DNA from: Candidatus Coatesbacteria bacterium | GTDB lineage: Bacteria > B130-G9 | Reading direction: 5' to 3' | Length of the DNA stretch: 29,818 nucleotides | NCBI GenBank assembly: GCA_016929465.1 | Contig: JAFGIT010000203.1 | Location: 1-29,818 of the forward strand | In this document: positions 24,796 through 29,818 of the stretch, piece by piece | Position numbering within the stretch: the stretch's first letter is position 1 | Layout: each line of letters starts with the position of its first letter | The notes under the pieces: model-generated | Database searches by the model: none | What the model saw: only the letters and a program-made list of their open reading frames with translations | What the model was told of the DNA's origin: nothing | Made by a program: the position numbers and the translations under genes

Positions 24796-26286
24796 ATGAA
24801 AGTAACCTTGATTTCACCGTATCTTGACACCATCGCACAGGGCCTGCGATGCCTCTCTTCGTTCATCAAAAGCAAAGGATATGAATGCGAGATGGTCTTC
24901 CTCCCTGACTTCGAGGCGCTCCTGAGTTACGATCCCCAGTTCGCCCGCCCATACTCGCAGAGCCTGATGGATGCCGTCGTCCAGAATTGCTCAAACTCAG
25001 ATATCGTCGGTATCTGCGTAATGAGCAACTTCTTCGACCGGGCTGCTCAGATCAGTGAAAACCTGAGAAAGAACCTGGATGCACCAGTGATATGGGGCGG
25101 GATACATCCGACGGTAATGCCCGAGGAATCTCTCAATCACTGCGACATAGTCTGCGTTGGCGAGGGCGAGTACGCCATGCTCAACTTGCTCGAGGCGATG
25201 GAAGAAAAGAGGGACTACACAGACATCAAGAACCTGTGGTTCAAGAAGGATGGTGCGATCATAAAGAACGAGCTCGCGCCGTTGATTGAGGACCTCGACT
25301 CGCTGCCATTCCAGGACTACGATTACTCAACTCACTACATAGTCTCAGAGGACCGCGATCATCTTGTCAAGATGGACTACGAGATCCAAAAGTCCCAAAT
25401 CGTCAATGGATTGCGCATCTGCGACGGTCTCTGTGTCTATCAGACGATTACGACGCGCGGCTGCCCCCATGCCTGCGCTTATTGCTGCCACTCGGCCTTG
25501 CGTAAGCTCATGCCGGACCAAAAGATACTGCGGCGCCGCAGCACCGAGAACGTGATGCAGGAGCTCGAGCAGGTGAAAGAACAGATGCCCTACGTAGAAC
25601 TATTCCTCTTTGCCGATGAATCGATGCCGGCGATGCCTGCCAAGCGGCTCAAGGAGTTCTGCGATCAATACAAGCGCCGGATTGGCCTGCCCTTTTTCGT
25701 TCAGGTCTCGCCGCCATATATGACCGAGGAGAAAATGGACTACCTCGTTGATGCAGGCATGCGCTGCGCGCAGATGGGCATTCAGACTGGCAGCGAGGAG
25801 GTCAATCGGGTCTATTACAACCGCAGCATAACCAACGACCAGGTTCGAAACGGCGCCAGGCTGCTCAATAAGCACAAGGATAGAATCTGCCCGCCAATAT
25901 ATGACATCATTCTGGATAATCCCTACGAGACCCGAGAGGATGTGCTGAAGACCGTCCGGCTATTGATGGAATTGCCCAGGCCGTTCGTGGTGCAGTTCTT
26001 TTCGCTGACCTTCTATCCTGGGACAGAGATATATGCCAGAGCGAAGGCGGATGGGATCATCGAGAATGAGCGCAACACAGTCTATCGCAAGCACTATCAC
26101 GCATTTGACAAGTCATTCTTGAATTTCCTGGTCATGGGCGCCCATTTCGGATTCCCCAAGCCGCTCATGAAAATTCTGACCAATGGACTCGTCGCCAGGA
26201 CTCTGGACCTGAAGTGCCTGAGGTGGTACTGGCGGCTCGTGCATAGGTCATTGAAGGCCGTGAAGCGAATCCTGAAGCGCGGCTGA
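24796..26286 (+). CDS. Cobalamin-binding radical SAM protein, about 496 aa
   Basis: MKVTLISP start (SD GGGAG), VIWGGIHPT, VCVGEGE, TRGCPHACAYC, MGIQTGS and FYPGTEIY. Confidence 0.92.
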   Translation: MKVTLISPYLDTIAQGLRCLSSFIKSKGYECEMVFLPDFEALLSYDPQFARPYSQSLMDAVVQNCSNSDIVGICVMSNFFDRAAQISENLRKNLDAPVIWGGIHPTVMPEESLNHCDIVCVGEGEYAMLNLLEAMEEKRDYTDIKNLWFKKDGAIIKNELAPLIEDLDSLPFQDYDYSTHYIVSEDRDHLVKMDYEIQKSQIVNGLRICDGLCVYQTITTRGCPHACAYCCHSALRKLMPDQKILRRRSTENVMQELEQVKEQMPYVELFLFADESMPAMPAKRLKEFCDQYKRRIGLPFFVQVSPPYMTEEKMDYLVDAGMRCAQMGIQTGSEEVNRVYYNRSITNDQVRNGARLLNKHKDRICPPIYDIILDNPYETREDVLKTVRLLMELPRPFVVQFFSLTFYPGTEIYARAKADGIIENERNTVYRKHYHAFDKSFLNFLVMGAHFGFPKPLMKILTNGLVARTLDLKCLRWYWRLVHRSLKAVKRILKRG

Positions 26287-26490
26287 TTGCCAAGACGGCG
26301 CCGAGATGTGCCACTCTCATTCTCCGCCATTCGCACATTGACCCTTCTCGGAGCCTGATTACATTTCAAAGCCCTAAGCGTCGGCTGATGATTCTGGTTG
26401 TGCCATCCCGGCCTTTGTACTATATTGCCTCGTTGTTTTCCTTGGCAATTTTGGTTGGAGAAATCGCAATATGGCAAGAGAGGGCGCGCG

Positions 26491-28476
26491 GTGTCACAAG
26501 GCGTGAGAATTGGTGTCGATACTGGCGGCACCTTCACCGATATCATCCTGAGCCGACCGGACGGGACCGTCATCAAGAAGGTACCATCGAGGCCAGATGC
26601 TGCGGAGCAGGCGATAGTGGACGGCTTCTCGGATATCGTCGAGCCATCTGAATCGGGGTCAATCGTACATGGCACGACAATCGCAACGAACGCTCTCCTT
26701 TCGCGAACAGGCAAGAAGACGGCGCTCGTCACGACTGCCGGCTTCGAGGACATCCTCGAGATCGGCCGTCAGAACCGGCCCGATCTATATGACCTCACGC
26801 CAAGAAAGCCAGCCCCGCTCGTCCCAAGGGAGCTCGTATTCGGGCTCGATGAGAGGATGCTGCACACCGGCGAGATCCTTACTCCCCTCACCGACGATGC
26901 TTCAGAGATGCTCTCGCAAGAGCTTGAGGCAGCCGGGGCGAGGTCAGTCGCGATATGCCTGCTTTTCTCATACGCGAATCCTGCCCACGAGCTGAAGGTC
27001 AGGCAGGCGCTCGAAGGTCTTGGCATCTCGATCTCCATATCATCGGACGTTCTACCCGCCTACAGGGAATACGAGCGCTGTGGCACGACCGTTGTCAACG
27101 CGTACGTTGCTCCTTCGATCACGGCCTATCTCAGTCGCTTGAAGGAAGCCCTGAATCGCTGGCGGATCCAGATAATGCAGTCCAATGGAGGCTGCATCTC
27201 CATTGGCGCAACCTGCCAGAGGCCCGTCGTCACGATACTCTCAGGACCTGCGGGCGGCGCGATTGGCGCGCAGAAGCTCGCTGCGAAGGCAGGCGAGCCA
27301 AGGGCAATCTCCTTCGATATGGGCGGAACCTCCACCGATGTGTCCTTGATAGCAGAAGGCCTGAGCTGGAGCACCGAGACGGAGGTCTCGGGTTGCCCGA
27401 TCGCGATACCAGTGATCGACATACACACAGTCGGCGCTGGCGGCGGCTCGATAGGGTATCTCGACGCGGGAGGTGCGCTTCGTGTCGGACCTGAGAGCGC
27501 TGGCGCGGATCCAGGACCGGCTTGCTATGGGAAGGGAGACCAGCCCACCGTTACCGATGCCAACATCGTGCTGGGCAGGCTTTCACCGGACTGGTTCCTT
27601 GATGGCGAATTCAAAATCTATCCCGATAGAGCACATGATGCCATCGACAAGCTCGCCGCCGAGATGGGCATCTCGACTGAAGCCGCTGCAGAAGGGATGA
27701 TACGCGTGGCTAATGCAACGATGCAGAGGGCGCTGTCTGTGGTCTCGGTCCAGCGTGGTTTTGATCCGCGTGAATTCTCGATAGTAGCGTTCGGAGGGGC
27801 GGGGCCGGTTCACGCGTGTGATCTCTGCCGGGCCATTTCGGCGAGGTCGGTCATCGTCCCGCTTCATCCTGGCATTCTGTCCGCAATCGGCATGCTGCAG
27901 GCCGACACGGTCCGCGACTACAAGAAGAGCGTTCTGATACCCGCCGAGGCCGGCAATCTCGAATTGCTGGGGGATGAGTTCTCTGCTCTCGAAGAGAAGG
28001 CTGCCGAGGACCTTCGGGCGGATGGCGTGAACCTGGAGGAAATTCGCTTCGACCGGCTCCTCGAAATGAGATACGTCGGGCAGTCGTATGAGATCAGCAT
28101 CCCATTCTGCACAGATTATCTCCACGAATTCGGCGAGACGTACCTTCAGGAATACGGCTATATGGATGTCGAGAAGCCGAAAGAGATCGTCAACGTCAGG
28201 CTTATGGCCATCGTCCCGAACAAGGCGGGAGAGTTGGTCTTCAGCGAGGCACCGCCGACCGATGGAAGGGAACCGATGATCGGAAAGCAGGCATTGATTG
28301 AGAGGGGCGAGTCTCTCGAGGCGAGGCTCTATCGGCGAGATCTCCTCTTAGCAGGGGAACGAATCAATGGGCCCGCCGTCGTCGTGGAGTACTCATCTAC
28401 AACGTATGTCCCCTCGGACTTCTCATGCGAGGTCGATCATTTGGGCAACCTGGTCCTGCGACAGAACAGAGCCTGA
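26491..28476 (+). CDS. Hydantoinase/oxoprolinase family ATP-binding (A) subunit, about 661 aa
   Basis: IGVDTGGTFTD, HGTTIATNALL, SGPAGG, DMGGTSTDVS, GAGGGSI, GPESAGADPGPACYG and FGGAGPVHA. GTG 26491 is preferred over the listed 26398. Confidence 0.92.
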   Translation: MSQGVRIGVDTGGTFTDIILSRPDGTVIKKVPSRPDAAEQAIVDGFSDIVEPSESGSIVHGTTIATNALLSRTGKKTALVTTAGFEDILEIGRQNRPDLYDLTPRKPAPLVPRELVFGLDERMLHTGEILTPLTDDASEMLSQELEAAGARSVAICLLFSYANPAHELKVRQALEGLGISISISSDVLPAYREYERCGTTVVNAYVAPSITAYLSRLKEALNRWRIQIMQSNGGCISIGATCQRPVVTILSGPAGGAIGAQKLAAKAGEPRAISFDMGGTSTDVSLIAEGLSWSTETEVSGCPIAIPVIDIHTVGAGGGSIGYLDAGGALRVGPESAGADPGPACYGKGDQPTVTDANIVLGRLSPDWFLDGEFKIYPDRAHDAIDKLAAEMGISTEAAAEGMIRVANATMQRALSVVSVQRGFDPREFSIVAFGGAGPVHACDLCRAISARSVIVPLHPGILSAIGMLQADTVRDYKKSVLIPAEAGNLELLGDEFSALEEKAAEDLRADGVNLEEIRFDRLLEMRYVGQSYEISIPFCTDYLHEFGETYLQEYGYMDVEKPKEIVNVRLMAIVPNKAGELVFSEAPPTDGREPMIGKQALIERGESLEARLYRRDLLLAGERINGPAVVVEYSSTTYVPSDFSCEVDHLGNLVLRQNRA

Positions 28477-28488
28477 TGGCGTGAGCCG

Positions 28489-29818
28489 TCAATCCTCCGT
28501 TGAATCGGCGAGCAGCCCGGCCGCAAGCTCATGAGCGTGCCGCCTGCCCTCGCTTCCGAGCATCCTCGCCAGCTCCTCGACCCTGGCATCGCCTTCCAGT
28601 TGGGCGACTGCTATCGAAACGCCCACCTCTGATGCTTCCTTTGTGATCGAGATATGGTTCAGGGCGAACTGCGCGATCTGCACGAGATGGGAGATGACAA
28701 GTATCTGCCGCGATTTGGAGAGCCGCTTCAGCATCTTCCCGACATAATTCCCTGTCGTGCCGCCGATCCCCGAATCGAGTTCATCGAAGACCATGATCGG
28801 GACATCATCTGCCCCGGCGAGTGCCGTCTTCAATGCGAGCATAACGCGAGAGACCTCGCCACCAGACGCGATCTTTCTGAGCGGCATCATGGGCTGGCCC
28901 GGGTTCGTGGAGATGACATATTCGACGGTCTCGAATCCATCCCTGCCAGGCACATCCGCGTCCGTACTTTGAGATTCACGCTCCGCGAATTCCATCCCGA
29001 ACTCGCCCTGCATAGCCAGCGACTTCAGATTGCCGCATACCACCCTGGCAAGGTGCTCTGCTGAGGCCCTTCGGGCGGTGGACAGGCCCTTTGCCCTTGC
29101 CCGTAATTCCTTTAGGACGGCTTCTCGATCAACGCGAATTCGATTGAGCTGGTCGCCTTCCTGCTCGAATTCGGCAAGTTGCTGGCGGAATTCCTGGAGC
29201 TTGCCCAACAGCTCATCCGCTTCGCAGCGGTGCTTTCTGCCAAGTGATGCCAGCGCCGCGAGCCGGTCCTCCACCATCTCCTGCCGCTCGGTGTCGAACA
29301 AGAGCGACTCCCCGAGAGCACGGGCCTCACTCGCGACCTCCTCCAGCGATATCCTCGCGTCGGCGACCCTGTCCGCCATCCTGGAGATCGAGTCGTCCAT
29401 TTTCGAACCATGGATAAGCTGCCGTTCGAGTGACGACAAACTGCCGCAGACCGAGCGCGGCTCGCTCCATAGCTGATCGTCGATTGAAGTGCAGAGCTCA
29501 GCGAGCTTCTCTGCGTTCGAGAGCCTTCTCTTCTCATCCTGAAGCGCCTGGAATTCCCCCTCCTGGAGCTCCAGCTGCGCGAGCTCATCGACGTAGAACT
29601 CGAGCAGTTCCCTTTCCTCGACCATCCGACGTGTCTTCAACTCAGCGGCTTCGATCCTGCGGTCGAGCTCCTTGTGCTGGTCGTATAGGCGGTTGACCTC
29701 GCCTCTCGCGTTCGATAGCCCTGCGAATTCATCCAATGTCAGCAGTTGATATCGCGTCGAGAAGAGCCGCTGGTGCTCGTGCTGTCCGTGGAAATCGACG
29801 ATCTGCTCCCCGATCGCC
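28489..29818 (-). CDS. recN: DNA repair protein RecN, C-terminal part (5' end beyond window)
   Basis: The frame stays open to the window edge and reads VDFHGQHEHQRL. Coiled coil, then STNPGQP..PL.KIASGGEVSRVMLALK, VFDELDSGIGG, ISHLVQIA and RVEELARMLG. Confidence 0.95.
   Translation of the reverse strand, partial: AIGEQIVDFHGQHEHQRLFSTRYQLLTLDEFAGLSNARGEVNRLYDQHKELDRRIEAAELKTRRMVEERELLEFYVDELAQLELQEGEFQALQDEKRRLSNAEKLAELCTSIDDQLWSEPRSVCGSLSSLERQLIHGSKMDDSISRMADRVADARISLEEVASEARALGESLLFDTERQEMVEDRLAALASLGRKHRCEADELLGKLQEFRQQLAEFEQEGDQLNRIRVDREAVLKELRARAKGLSTARRASAEHLARVVCGNLKSLAMQGEFGMEFAERESQSTDADVPGRDGFETVEYVISTNPGQPMMPLRKIASGGEVSRVMLALKTALAGADDVPIMVFDELDSGIGGTTGNYVGKMLKRLSKSRQILVISHLVQIAQFALNHISITKEASEVGVSIAVAQLEGDARVEELARMLGSEGRRHAHELAAGLLADSTED

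Overview
Bacterial chromosomal segment of moderately high GC, with about 20 protein-coding genes in mixed orientation and one tRNA-Arg(CCG). It is dominated by envelope and glycan-modifying functions: a DUF362 protein plus a CapK/PaaK-like ligase, a NodU/CmcH carbamoyltransferase, a GT-C (PMT/ArnT-like) glycosyltransferase, a GmhA-like SIS isomerase, two B12-binding radical SAM enzymes, a class I methyltransferase and two tandem O-antigen-ligase (Wzy_C)-TPR proteins. It also carries a fliW-csrA pair with no flagellar genes nearby, a DUF885 protein, a secreted protein with a duplicated beta-helix module, a system II cytochrome c synthase pair (ResB + CcsA), a secreted kelch protein, a lone hydantoinase/oxoprolinase A subunit and the 3' part of recN. 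The most informative signals are non-coding: (i) a consensus sigma54 promoter with two 23-bp palindromic repeats upstream, in front of the beta-helix gene; (ii) a 260-bp MITE-like element after the tRNA, with imperfect terminal inverted repeats, a 4-bp flanking direct repeat, an inverted REP doublet showing a compensatory base change, and a near-consensus outward sigma70 promoter; (iii) a sigma28-like promoter whose -10 box is also one arm of a hairpin in the fliW leader. All assignments come from manual motif recognition; no searches were run. No CRISPR array, phage or transposase gene was seen.
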